A stretch of 64,000 nucleotides of DNA, from the NCBI GenBank assembly GCA_963726255.1, contig CAVSBL010000002.1, positions 1,056,001-1,120,000 of the forward strand. The letters run 5' to 3'. The translations under genes and the position numbers were made by a program. Shown here one piece after another: positions 37,942-47,447 of this stretch (positions are counted from its first letter, which is position 1; each line of letters begins with the position of its first letter). A model generated the notes under the pieces. The model made no database searches, was not told the DNA's origin, and saw nothing but the letters and a program-made list of their open reading frames with translations. The DNA is from Candidatus Bathyarchaeota archaeon (GTDB lineage: Archaea; Thermoproteota; Bathyarchaeia; 40CM-2-53-6).

Positions 37942-38316
37942 GTGGATACCGACAAATTCGTAGAGGAAGTCTTCAAGAAAGACGGTCGGATTCGCTACGT
38001 AGGAATCGTTGATAGGGAGTTTCACGTCCTTGTCTCAAAGATGAGGGAGGGAGTTCAGAGTCTCACTCCCGACGAGAGCGACCGTAACTTTGTTCAATTG
38101 ATGCCCTCGATCATTCTCGACTCGGTCGAAAAGCTCTCGCCCTTTCTGGGTGTTGTTGAGTCCGTGACTATCAGATACGCGAAGGTGTTTCTAGTACTCT
38201 TCACTAAGGGCAGTTACGTGATTGTACTAAGCTTCAACCCAGACATTCAGAGGCCATTCATGAGCGCTCTGACAGAGTGGATGCAATCGCTAGCTTCCAT
38301 GTACCTATCCGAATAG
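37942..38316 (+). CDS. Roadblock/profilin-like fold hypothetical protein (archaeal)
   Basis: DGRIRYVGIVD...MREGV..L, LG.VESVTIRYAKV pattern. Confidence 0.7.
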   Translation: MDTDKFVEEVFKKDGRIRYVGIVDREFHVLVSKMREGVQSLTPDESDRNFVQLMPSIILDSVEKLSPFLGVVESVTIRYAKVFLVLFTKGSYVIVLSFNPDIQRPFMSALTEWMQSLASMYLSE

Positions 38317-38404
38317 ACACGCCTGCAGTGCTGAACCGTCGTTTTAGTGTCTGGGCATAGTCGTGTGCACGAGCTAGCGTCGATTGAGTTCTGAACTCTT
38401 CATC

Positions 38405-39115
38405 TTACTTCCGTCTGACGGAACTCTTACGCCATTGGTCGCGAGGAATTCTATGCCTCTCTTTTCTACTATCGTTCCGTGGTCGAACGTGCTTTGGTTT
38501 CCTTTGAGCGTGTATTCGATGTGTGCGCAGGTCAAACGTATAGATAGAACCACCGGCCAATACTTGAAATGGCCTAGTCACGTGTTTGCAATGATCGAAT
38601 TGCATGCTACCTTTCTTGTGGAAATATTCGAACCATGGCGGGTGTACGAAGTCGGATACTAGGACGCCGTCGATTTTGTAACCGAAATTGTCCGGTTCGC
38701 ATGCGTCACAAATCTCGTACGGGTATAGAAGCCCCCTATTCGCTTCATGTTGAACGAACAGATTGCTGCTTGGGTTCGCCAGCATTTCCAGCAACTCGTG
38801 ACTCATAGTTACCGTCCATTCACAACCAGCCTGCTTATCGCTCCTCGCAAACACTTTCGCTAAAGGCAAGCCTTTGGCTGTTAGGTCATGATAGCCGAGA
38901 ACGCCCGCTTGGTGTGAATCATCGAAGATTCCAAGCCACCAAGAATCGTGGCTTGGCTTTGATTTCTTAGGTACGAAGACAAGTTTGGCATTTGCCCCCC
39001 ACGGGGGCGCAAAATCGCGTCGCACTTGGGTCTGAAGCGACGGCAGTACAGATTTGACGTCGCTGTCAGCAAGGGTCTTGCTCTCGTTTATAATTTCGAT
39101 TCTGACATGAGCCAT
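38405..39115 (-). CDS. Hypothetical protein, possible metal-dependent hydrolase
   Basis: QVRRDFAPPW, GVLGYHD, SHELLEMLANP, YEICDACE, VSDFVHPPWF. Confidence 0.75.
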   Translation of the reverse strand: MAHVRIEIINESKTLADSDVKSVLPSLQTQVRRDFAPPWGANAKLVFVPKKSKPSHDSWWLGIFDDSHQAGVLGYHDLTAKGLPLAKVFARSDKQAGCEWTVTMSHELLEMLANPSSNLFVQHEANRGLLYPYEICDACEPDNFGYKIDGVLVSDFVHPPWFEYFHKKGSMQFDHCKHVTRPFQVLAGGSIYTFDLRTHRIHAQRKPKHVRPRNDSRKERHRIPRDQWRKSSVRRK

Positions 39116-39254
39116 GTAGGTTCCTCTAGCCTGTTAGCGTCTATAAGACTTGTCAGATCGAGTGAATTCCAGCAATTTGCGTCGTGGCAGTCACCATCAT
39201 GAGACCCTTAGTGCTATATTCCAAGACACATCATGTGTTGCCTGCTGAATTTGT

Positions 39255-39542
39255 ATGTCGAAACCGGACGAAATCGGCTTTAATCCACTTGAGGAACTTG
39301 ATCGTAGCGAAGCACGCATCGTCGTTAGATTGGAGTTTAGGCGATTCCGTAAACCGGTAACAATCATTCAAGGACTGCCTAGCACACGATTGGCGGAAAT
39401 TGCTCGCGAGCTGAAACGGAGGTTCGGGGCAGGGGGAACCACTAAAGGTGGAGAGGTCCTACTCCAAGGAGATCATCGCGGGCACATCAAACAAGAACTC
39501 GTGGAATTGGGATTCCCGGCTGACCATATCGACATGATCTAA
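39255..39542 (+). CDS. SUI1/aIF1 family translation factor (YciH-like)
   Basis: RRFRKPVTIIQG, LKRRFGAGGT.K, LQGDHR. Confidence 0.92.
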   Translation: MSKPDEIGFNPLEELDRSEARIVVRLEFRRFRKPVTIIQGLPSTRLAEIARELKRRFGAGGTTKGGEVLLQGDHRGHIKQELVELGFPADHIDMI

Positions 39543-39560
39543 AGGAAAGGGATGAGAGCG

Positions 39561-39710
39561 TGGTGCTCCGGGCGGGATTTTCAGCGATTGAACCATCGCA
39601 TTCGAACCCGCGTCGCTGACTCTCTCCGCAAACTCGAGAGGCCAGCATACTCTCGGCGACATACGCCTTGACCGGGCTATACTCGGTAGCTGAACCGCTT
39701 CTACCGGAGC
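39561..39710 (-). tRNA. tRNA-Glu(CTC) with four introns: 10/11 (39682-39700), 20/21 (39652-39668), 37/38 (39622-39634), 59/60 (39578-39600)
   Basis: Removing 19+17+13+23 nt gives the canonical 78-nt GCTCCGGTAG|TATAGCCCGGTCA|AGTATGCTGGCCTCTCG|AGTCAGCGACGCGGGTTCGAA|TCCCGCCCGGAGCACCA. Each junction forms a BHB-type motif. Confidence 0.9.
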
Positions 39711-39751
39711 CCCAACTAACCCGGAGCAATTGGACTAACGCTGTCCCACGG

Positions 39752-39759
39752 TATTTTAA
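39752..39759 (-). promoter_or_regulatory. Putative TATA box of tRNA-Glu
   Basis: TTAAAATA on the minus strand, ~40-50 nt upstream of the mature 5' end. Confidence 0.45.
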
Positions 39760-39807
39760 CCGTGTGCACAGAAAAGAAAAACAGAGGAAAGAAGATGGAA
39801 GTGCCGC

Positions 39808-41433
39808 TTAGTATTCCGGCTCCCCACCTCTCGGTGGTGGAGTTGGAGGCGGCTTAGCTGCGGCTATTACATCATCAACCCTAAGAATCATTGACGCGGC
39901 TTCGGCCGCGGACCGTATTGCTTGCTCCTTCACTCGAACTGGTTCTACGACGCCCTGCTTCCTCATGTCTTTGACTCCGCCTTTGAAGACATCGACGCCT
40001 TGCGACACACCTCCTTTCTTGCCATGCGCCGAGCGGAGGGCAACCATTATGTCAATGGGGTCAAGCCCCGCGTTCTCGGCTAGGGTCTTCGGAATCATTT
40101 CCAATGTGTCTGCGAAAGCTTCTATCGCAAGTGCCTCACGCCCGCCAACCTTACTGGCATAATCACTCAACCTCTTGGAAAGTTCGGCTTCAATTGCGCC
40201 TCCGCCCGTGACGATTTTTGGTTCTTGCACCAAATCGATGGTTACGGAGAGTGCGTCTTTGAGCGCTCGTTCAGCCTCATCGACTAAGCGCTCTAAGCCT
40301 GCACGGATAAGGACGCTAACTGACCGTGGGTCCTTGCAGCCTTCAATGAAGACCATCTTGTCGTCTCCAATCTTTCTTTCTTCAACAAGGTCTGCTTTTC
40401 CCAGGTCGCTGGCTTTCAGGTCGTCCAGGTTTGTGATGATTCTTCCGCCCGTTGCTCTTCCTAACTTTTCCATGTCTGATTTCTTGATTCTTCGTACGCC
40501 CAGTATTCCTTCCTTTGCGAGGTAGTGCTGTGTAGTGTCGTCAATTCCTTTCTGGCAAAGGACTACGTTTGCGCCCGAAGTTTTGATCTTGTCCACCATT
40601 TCCTTCATCATGCGAGTTTCCTCGTCAAGGAAGGCCTTCATCTGGGTCGGGTCCTCGATGCGTATTTCAGCGGATATCTCGGTCTTTTCAATTTCAAGGG
40701 CTGCATCTATAAGCGCAATCTTAGCGTTCTTAACCTGCTTTGGCATTCCTGGGTGAACAACTTCCTTGTCGACGATAATCCCCCTGACCAGTTGGGTGTC
40801 GAGGAGGCTTTTGCCTTCCTTCTTTACGAGCTGCACGTTGTCGATGTCGGCGTACCATGCATCGCCGCGCTTTTCCTTAACCAGTTGAATTGCCTCAATG
40901 GCGATGTCGGCGAAGTGTTCACGGGCACCACCTAAACCCTTGCTATGCATCGCCGTCATGGCAACTTTCTTGAGAGCAACTTTGTCCTCAAGTTTAATCG
41001 GTTCAGATAGGGAATCGAGAATCTGAATCGCTCTGTCCGCCGCCTTCTTGTAACCCGCAACAATGATCGTTGGGTGAACGTCGTCATCGAGCAAGTCTTG
41101 GGCTCGTTTCAGTAGCCCGCCCGCAAGGATTACCGCCGTCGTAGTCCCGTCGCCAACTTCATCATCCTGTGTCTTGGCAACCTCAACCATCATTTTCGCG
41201 GCTGGATTCTGAACATCAACTTCGTCAAGGACCGTGGCCCCGTCATTTGTTACAGTCACATCGCCGAGGCTGTCAACGAGCATCTTGTCCATTCCGCGTG
41301 GGCCCAATGTCGTTTTCACAACTTCAGAAACAATGATCGCCGCTGTAATGTTGCTCCGTTGAGCGTCGCGGCCTCTATTGCGGGTGGATCCTTCCTTTAG
41401 AATGAGTACACGTTGACCAGAGAGCTCGGACAT
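39808..41433 (-). CDS. Thermosome subunit (group II chaperonin)
   Basis: [43 protein letters not shown]. Confidence 0.98.
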   Translation of the reverse strand: MSELSGQRVLILKEGSTRNRGRDAQRSNITAAIIVSEVVKTTLGPRGMDKMLVDSLGDVTVTNDGATVLDEVDVQNPAAKMMVEVAKTQDDEVGDGTTTAVILAGGLLKRAQDLLDDDVHPTIIVAGYKKAADRAIQILDSLSEPIKLEDKVALKKVAMTAMHSKGLGGAREHFADIAIEAIQLVKEKRGDAWYADIDNVQLVKKEGKSLLDTQLVRGIIVDKEVVHPGMPKQVKNAKIALIDAALEIEKTEISAEIRIEDPTQMKAFLDEETRMMKEMVDKIKTSGANVVLCQKGIDDTTQHYLAKEGILGVRRIKKSDMEKLGRATGGRIITNLDDLKASDLGKADLVEERKIGDDKMVFIEGCKDPRSVSVLIRAGLERLVDEAERALKDALSVTIDLVQEPKIVTGGGAIEAELSKRLSDYASKVGGREALAIEAFADTLEMIPKTLAENAGLDPIDIMVALRSAHGKKGGVSQGVDVFKGGVKDMRKQGVVEPVRVKEQAIRSAAEAASMILRVDDVIAAAKPPPTPPPRGGEPEY

Positions 41434-41475
41434 TTTTTTGTTACCTCAGGTGACTACTTTGCATAAAATCAGCCG

Positions 41476-41497
41476 GTAAATAAGCATTTTTCTATTC
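41476..41497 (-). promoter_or_regulatory. Putative BRE-TATA promoter of the thermosome gene
   Basis: Minus strand gaatagaaaaatgCTTATTTA, upstream of the GAGGT RBS. Confidence 0.4.
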
Positions 41498-41680
41498 AAG
41501 ACTCAGTCGGTTCAAGAAGGTGATTGAACAAATACTCTCTAAATCGGACGCCCGCCTTCATCGATCCTTCGTACTAGCGAGAAATCTGGCGCGGACTATC
41601 TAGCGAACTTATTATAGCCGTCCCACCATTCGTCCACACGAAGATTTTAGAATTTTCGGGAACGTTCGAGGAAAGCACAT

Positions 41681-42382
41681 TTGCCCGTTAACCTCTTGGT
41701 GCGAACCAGCAAACTTCGGAATTGCACTCTCGTTACCGGATTTCATGGCGTAGGGGAAACGGGATACATTTCTGTCTCATATCTCGTTCATGCTCTGAAT
41801 GCAAAGAGAATAGGATTTGTTGATGTGGCCCACCCTCCCCCATTCATCGCAACATCCGAAGAAGGTCTAGTCACTCCTTTCGAGGTATACAGGGCTGGGA
41901 ACATCGTGCTGGTGAAGTTGGAGTTTTCTCCGCATAGGGCGGAGGAGGCAGAGTTCGCCAAGACTCTGGCGCGTTGGATTATGGAAAACAAATTCAAAGA
42001 CGCAGTCCTCATCGGAGGCCTAGACGGAGCCCTGAAATCGGGCAAGGACGGCGTGAGAATTGTTACAACTGGAGAGTACCCGGTAAGAGCGAAGAAGATG
42101 AAACACCCGAAACTTGAAGCAGGCCTCTTCGTCTACGGACCGTTGGCCGTCATGTTAGGGGAATTCGAAAAACTGAACTTTCCTGCAGTAGCGGTGCTGC
42201 CCTACGCCTCCGCTGAACACGCCGATCCTAAGGCCGCGGCCACGGCGATTAGGGCAGTGTCGAAAGCGTACGGGCTAAAGGTCGACGTCAGGGACTTGGA
42301 ATACGATGCCGAAGATATTGAAGAAGAAATAGATAAACGAATGCAGCAAACAGCCCGGTCACTGCGCGGGATGTACGGCTAA
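41681..42382 (+). CDS. PAC2 family proteasome assembly chaperone
   Basis: LVTGFHGVGETGYI, LIGGLD, GPLA, DPKAAA, C-terminal MYG. Confidence 0.88.
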   Translation: MPVNLLVRTSKLRNCTLVTGFHGVGETGYISVSYLVHALNAKRIGFVDVAHPPPFIATSEEGLVTPFEVYRAGNIVLVKLEFSPHRAEEAEFAKTLARWIMENKFKDAVLIGGLDGALKSGKDGVRIVTTGEYPVRAKKMKHPKLEAGLFVYGPLAVMLGEFEKLNFPAVAVLPYASAEHADPKAAATAIRAVSKAYGLKVDVRDLEYDAEDIEEEIDKRMQQTARSLRGMYG

Positions 42383-42452
42383 TGCAAAATTCATACGTTG
42401 GTGAAAAGTTACCAACCAGGTCAGATTCATGAAACAAATTAGCTGATTTCGA

Positions 42453-43709
42453 ATGCAATTGCGATTTCTAGGTGCCTGTCAAGAAGTAGGTAGGTCCGCG
42501 GTCGCGGTCAAAGGCGCCCGTAGCCAGATCCTGATGGATTACGGCGTTATGATAAACCACGAAGTGGGCTTCCCGGTGCACGTTTCACCGAAGGACCTAG
42601 ACGCAGTTGTCCTAACCCATGCTCATCTTGACCACAGTGGACTCATACCCCTCTTCTACGTCCACTCTAGGATACCAGTCTACGCGGTCGAACCAACCTT
42701 CAAACTTACCCGAGTGCTCGTGCGCAACATGATCAAACTCAGCGGTTACTTCCTACCTTATGAGTACATGGACCTAGAAACGATGATGAATCATACCGTT
42801 CCCGTCGAATACCATGCAAAATTCAAGGTTGGCGACTCTGAAATCTCGATGATCAACGCCGGCCACATACCCGGGAGCGCACAGATAATAGTTGAAAACG
42901 ATGGTAGGCGAGTGCTCTACACCGGGGACTTCAACCTAATTCCGACCCACCTTGTTCCCGGCGCTGATAGAGAATACAACAACTTAGACGCCATAGTGAT
43001 CGAAAGCACGTACGCTATGGGCGACCATCCAGATCGGGCTGAGTCAGAACGCAACTTCGTCCTTGCCTGCAAGGAGGTTGTGGAAGGAGGAGGGACCGTC
43101 CTTGTTCCAGCCTTTGGAGTAGGCCGGTCCCAGGAAATTATTTGCATGCTCGCCGACCACAACTTCAACCACAAAGTCTTCGTCGACGGCATGGCTTTGG
43201 ATGCGATTAGAATGTTAGAGCAGCATCCGGGCGCGTTGAAAGACGAACACCTTTTCCGAAGGGCCATGAGAGAAGCGGAACAAATCAAGAATTGGCATGA
43301 CAGAAGACGTGCAGCCCACACTGAGGGGGTGATAATATCGCCTGCGGGAATGCTGAAAGGGGGAGCATCTGTTTTCTACATGGAAAACATCGCGACTAGG
43401 CAAGAAAATGGTATCTTCCTCGTCAGCTACCAAGTTGAAGGCTCACCGGGCAGGATACTCCTAGACGAGGGCCGATTCATCTTGCACGGCAAGGCTAGGA
43501 CTGTGAATGCCCGAGTTGAAAAATTCGATTTCTCATCCCACGGCGGAAAAACTCAACTCGAAGAAACCTTGAGAGAACTTGACAAGAAAACTCGCGTGTT
43601 TGTCGTTCATGGAGAAGAGGGAAACTGTAAGCACCTGGCTGAATTTGCATCACAGGAACTAGGCCTACAAGCCTCAACACCCCGCCCAGGTGAAACATAC
43701 GACGTCTGA
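42453..43709 (+). CDS. MBL-fold beta-CASP ribonuclease
   Basis: FLGACQEVGRS, THAHLDHSG, AGHIPGS, ESTY, PAFGVGRSQE, FSSH, VHGE. Confidence 0.93.
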   Translation: MQLRFLGACQEVGRSAVAVKGARSQILMDYGVMINHEVGFPVHVSPKDLDAVVLTHAHLDHSGLIPLFYVHSRIPVYAVEPTFKLTRVLVRNMIKLSGYFLPYEYMDLETMMNHTVPVEYHAKFKVGDSEISMINAGHIPGSAQIIVENDGRRVLYTGDFNLIPTHLVPGADREYNNLDAIVIESTYAMGDHPDRAESERNFVLACKEVVEGGGTVLVPAFGVGRSQEIICMLADHNFNHKVFVDGMALDAIRMLEQHPGALKDEHLFRRAMREAEQIKNWHDRRRAAHTEGVIISPAGMLKGGASVFYMENIATRQENGIFLVSYQVEGSPGRILLDEGRFILHGKARTVNARVEKFDFSSHGGKTQLEETLRELDKKTRVFVVHGEEGNCKHLAEFASQELGLQASTPRPGETYDV

Positions 43710-44235
43710 AGTTCTCGGTGTAATTCAAGTCGGCCCAACGAATGATTATCCGCTTACCACGATTAGGGATCAACTCTCCGATAGGTTTCCGAACTTCGCG
43801 CTCGAAACTATGCGTCCGCTCCCCGAACCTTCGGAGGCCTACGATTCGTTTCGCGGCCAATACCACTCCACACGCCTCCTTGTGCTCTTGGAGGAACACC
43901 TGCGAACGCTGCGGGTGAACAGGTTACTAGGTGTGGCAGCCCTCGACTTGTACGTCCCGGGTATGAACTTCGTATTTGGCGAAGCCAGATGCCCAGGCCA
44001 AGTGGCAGTCATTTCCACAAGGCGCCTAAAACCCACCCCCAGGAACCAACGCTTGTTTCGGGAACGCGTGCTCAAGGAAGCTGTTCATGAAATTGGGCAC
44101 ACAATGGGGCTGAAGCATTGCCCTGACTCTGCGTGCGTGATGCATTTCTCTGAGCACATTGGCGATACGGATAAGAAGTGTGCAACGTTTTGCGTGGAAT
44201 GCCAGTCGAGTTTGAAGGGGCGGAAAGTTGAGTAA
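43690..44235 (+). CDS. Archaemetzincin (M54 zinc metalloprotease)
   Basis: NFVFGEA, KEAVHEIGHTMGLKHC...CVMHFS...FCVEC. Confidence 0.93.
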   Translation: MKHTTSEVLGVIQVGPTNDYPLTTIRDQLSDRFPNFALETMRPLPEPSEAYDSFRGQYHSTRLLVLLEEHLRTLRVNRLLGVAALDLYVPGMNFVFGEARCPGQVAVISTRRLKPTPRNQRLFRERVLKEAVHEIGHTMGLKHCPDSACVMHFSEHIGDTDKKCATFCVECQSSLKGRKVE

Positions 44236-45079
44236 GAAATTCAAGGCCAAGCCGGCCCAGTTGATTCCTGAAATCTCCGCCATAGCCCTCGCAGGGCTGT
44301 TTACCTTTAGCCTTCAATCGTCCAACGCCCCCATTGTCCCCATTACCGTCTTCCCGGAAACAACGAGCGGGATCACACTGAACGCCGGCATCTTCGTGGT
44401 GTTGATGGCAGCGACTGGAACTATCATGTACCTCTTCATAAAATTCGGATTGAAGCGCCTCGTTAGGTACCTGATCAACCTAGCTCTCCTAGCGCTGCTA
44501 TTCTTTCTGTTCACTTGGTATGGGTCCCTGTACGAAACTTACTTGCCACCGTTCTTGAGCTCCACAAGCTTTGGTTGGCTCATCGTAAGCTTGCTGGGCG
44601 CGGTCCTGCTGGGGCTCTTGATCTACAAAGCTAAGGGGGCGCTGCATTTGGTTGGCATCGTCCTAATCGGCGGACTTACAGGAACATTCCTCGGCGTGTC
44701 CATACCAACATTAACAGCTGTCGCGCTCTTGCTGGCGCTCGCTGGCTACGACCTCTTCGCAGTCTACAAGGGCCCGATAGGGAAAATTGCTCAATCAACT
44801 GACCTAGAGGAGTTCACAGGGGCCGTATTCACGTACGGCGACTTAACCGTCGGGATGGGGGACATGGTGTTTTACTCTATGCTCGCTAGCAACTCAATGA
44901 TGAATTTCGGGCCTCTCCCATTCCTCGCCGCAGCAGTCGGTTTGCTTATTGGAGCTTACCTCGGGTTCAAGATGCTTGAAGGGCGAGATATGTTTCCAGG
45001 TTTGCCGTTCGCCATAATTCTTGGACTTGTCTTCATGTATGTGACTTCTCAGGTTTTAGTAATGCTAAAACCGGCCTAA
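44228..45079 (+). CDS. Presenilin-family intramembrane aspartyl protease (A22)
   Basis: YDLFAVY, VGMGD (GxGD), PGLP (PAL-like); multiple TMs. Confidence 0.88.
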   Translation: MSKKFKAKPAQLIPEISAIALAGLFTFSLQSSNAPIVPITVFPETTSGITLNAGIFVVLMAATGTIMYLFIKFGLKRLVRYLINLALLALLFFLFTWYGSLYETYLPPFLSSTSFGWLIVSLLGAVLLGLLIYKAKGALHLVGIVLIGGLTGTFLGVSIPTLTAVALLLALAGYDLFAVYKGPIGKIAQSTDLEEFTGAVFTYGDLTVGMGDMVFYSMLASNSMMNFGPLPFLAAAVGLLIGAYLGFKMLEGRDMFPGLPFAIILGLVFMYVTSQVLVMLKPA

Positions 45080-45103
45080 ACATGTGCCTTCCCAACAAGA
45101 AGC

Positions 45104-46369
45104 TTAACGCCTCAAAATCGCTACGAGGTACCAAACATTGAGAAAGGTGAACAGCGTTCCGGCCAGAAAATCCAAAGCATACCTGATTGGCCCAATAGAT
45201 TGAGACAAGGCCGATTCAATTTGCAGGAAGTTTGGATTAATCGGGGACAAGAATCGAATTAGGAAGTAGTTGTTGCTTACCAGGTAAATCAACGCGACGG
45301 CCATCATTAGGAGCAGCGTTTTTTTCCTCTTCGGGTTCCAAACCGCCACATCGATCGCAGACAGGGCGAACAGGTAGATTGCGTACTGCTCAGTTACGCG
45401 AGCTCTGAAGATCAAGAAGACCAGCGTAACAACAAGAAGCGATTGAACGAGGCCGTAATCTGTATCAAACCGGAATCTCTTGAACGCCACCAACGTAAAC
45501 CCTCCGACCAAAGGTATCCAAACGAACCCCAAGAGCCTGTAGAAGTCTGGTGCTGTCGAGGGCTGTAAGAAGCCCAAGTTACTGAGGTAGAAGAGCGAAT
45601 CCCAAACCGACATCGATTCTCCGCCACGTCCAGCAGCCGACAGCAAAGATGACCCAATCGAGGGAAGAGGCCAGCGCATCACCTGAAATACAATCGCCGA
45701 AAACAGAGCAACCAGCCCAATGGCCAAGGCCGACCAAACCAAATCGCGCTCCCGCTTCATAGCGATGGGAACAGCATAAATGATCGGAACCGACTTCGCA
45801 AAAATAGCCAGTCCTGTCCAAAGAGCACTTTTTGCGCGAGAAATGGACATTACCGAAATCATAACGAACGCCATCGCGATTGAATCGAACATTCCCCAGA
45901 TTCCTGAGATGATTATCATGAATGGCGACAAGAGCCAAAACATCAGAACCCAACATGAGCGGCGAGGCTGCTTGGCGGAAACGTAAGAATACAGTAAATA
46001 GGCTAGGCCCACATCGCCGGCAATCACGGGCTGTTTGAGCAAAAAGTAGTATGCAAACCTGTTGCCGAAGCCAATCAAAGAGTACGCAGCGTACATCAAG
46101 CCGGTTACCAACGGCCAAAAAGGGAGGTATGCGATTGTCGCCGTGTTTTGTTCTGAGAAAGTGCTGGAAAAACTGAGGCCTGGAACAGGTGGTAGAATTC
46201 CATAAGGGTCGCCGCCATGAGTGAATGCATAACCCAACCTCACCCAGAGCTCGAAATCTGAAGGATGCCCTGTCCAGAAGGAGAACACTTCCCGGATCAA
46301 TACTCCCAAGACGAGAATGAGTAGAACTTCTTTCTGTGAAGGAGATGGCACGTGTTTTCCTTGAGACAT
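45104..46369 (-). CDS. Integral-membrane GT-C glycosyltransferase (GT87/PIG-M-like)
   Basis: WTGHPSD, YLPFW, LLKQPVIAGD, ISGIWGMFDSI, QY; many TMs. Confidence 0.75.
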   Translation of the reverse strand: MSQGKHVPSPSQKEVLLILVLGVLIREVFSFWTGHPSDFELWVRLGYAFTHGGDPYGILPPVPGLSFSSTFSEQNTATIAYLPFWPLVTGLMYAAYSLIGFGNRFAYYFLLKQPVIAGDVGLAYLLYSYVSAKQPRRSCWVLMFWLLSPFMIIISGIWGMFDSIAMAFVMISVMSISRAKSALWTGLAIFAKSVPIIYAVPIAMKRERDLVWSALAIGLVALFSAIVFQVMRWPLPSIGSSLLSAAGRGGESMSVWDSLFYLSNLGFLQPSTAPDFYRLLGFVWIPLVGGFTLVAFKRFRFDTDYGLVQSLLVVTLVFLIFRARVTEQYAIYLFALSAIDVAVWNPKRKKTLLLMMAVALIYLVSNNYFLIRFLSPINPNFLQIESALSQSIGPIRYALDFLAGTLFTFLNVWYLVAILRR

Positions 46370-46437
46370 TAGCATTTCCTTCCTTGGCATTACTTTCCTG
46401 CGGAAAGCAATAAGCGACCCGAGTTTCAAAATCGGCC

Positions 46438-46713
46438 TTACTTTGCGAGCTTGATTTTCTTTGTGAATTTGATGTTTGAGAGAGTGCCCCAGTACTTGAC
46501 GATTCGGGGTATATCGTATCCGCAGACTTCAACTATGCCTGGGTATGGATCGGTGGTTGGCGCTGTTCTAATTCCTAGGAGCTTCGTGCAAGCGAAGAAG
46601 AAGTACGCTCTGCTTTTCGTGGTTACTGCAAATAGAATTCCGGTCTTCTCGATGAGCAGCTTGAACATGGTCTGCTCGTAGATTAGCTTCCTCATGTTCT
46701 GTCGCTCGGTCAT
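46438..46713 (-). CDS. Small hypothetical protein
   Basis: ATGA overlap with the upstream GT2 stop; 91-aa basic ORF inside the operon. Confidence 0.6.
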   Translation of the reverse strand: MTERQNMRKLIYEQTMFKLLIEKTGILFAVTTKSRAYFFFACTKLLGIRTAPTTDPYPGIVEVCGYDIPRIVKYWGTLSNIKFTKKIKLAK

Positions 46714-47447
46714 CTCTTGAGTCGAAGCCAAGGCTCGGGTTTAGCGAAACCGTATAGGAACTTGAGGTAGAATATCGGGACATAAAGAATGTTCTTCATA
46801 CTTCGACTGTTCAAGCTCAGGAACACAATTACTTTCAGGCAGAATAGGAGCTCTTTGAACTTCGAGTCAGGCAGCATTCTTGTGTTCGCTCCTTCCCACT
46901 CAGGTTTGAATTCTCTAAATTGGGAGCGATGAACCATTGAATCGAGAACGTAGTAAGTTCTGAGTTTATACTCGTCGAGGCGTTTTTGAATGAAAAAAGT
47001 CTCCCTGGCATCTATGTAATTCGGCACGACCTTGCCCAAGAAATCGCTCTTGCGCAGCACAAGAAGACTGGCAGGCAGGCCGTAACGAAAGCGATGCCCG
47101 ACAGCCATCCCAACCACTGCACCGTATTCTCTTTTCTGAAGAACGCTGTAAGCGGTGTCAAAGAAATCGGCCCTTACTATCTCCACGTCGCTGTCGACAA
47201 AAGCAATGTACTTAGTATTCGTGGCACCGAAACAAAGCTGCCTAGCGTATCCTAATCCTCTTCTCTCAGAGATTACTTCTGCGTTGAATTGTTTCGCGAT
47301 CTGGACCGTCCGATCCACGCTGTGGTGGTCAACGACTAGGAAGTGTGCTCCAGGAACGCGCTTTCTGATGCTGCCGAGGCAGCGTTCTAAGGTCTTTGCT
47401 GAATTGTATGTGCAGACGCAGAAAGTGAGTTCTCTCTCCTTTGTCAA
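46710..47447 (-). CDS. Glycosyltransferase family 2
   Basis: VCTYNS..TLERCL, VVDHHSVDRT, GLGYARQ, FVDSD. Confidence 0.9.
   Translation of the reverse strand: MTKERELTFCVCTYNSAKTLERCLGSIRKRVPGAHFLVVDHHSVDRTVQIAKQFNAEVISERRGLGYARQLCFGATNTKYIAFVDSDVEIVRADFFDTAYSVLQKREYGAVVGMAVGHRFRYGLPASLLVLRKSDFLGKVVPNYIDARETFFIQKRLDEYKLRTYYVLDSMVHRSQFREFKPEWEGANTRMLPDSKFKELLFCLKVIVFLSLNSRSMKNILYVPIFYLKFLYGFAKPEPWLRLKR

Noticed and set aside
39704-39727. Fifth intron in the tRNA-Glu acceptor stem (GCTCCGG duplicated 17 nt upstream)
   Set aside because: The junction positions tested gave no convincing BHB central helix, so it is treated as leader sequence.
39540-39760. SRP RNA or RNase P RNA
   Set aside because: The sequence is fully explained by a multi-intron tRNA-Glu; SRP and RNase P signatures are absent.
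45579-46532. 317-aa alternative-frame ORF
   Set aside because: It overlaps the GT-C gene on the same strand and has no recognisable motifs; shadow ORF.
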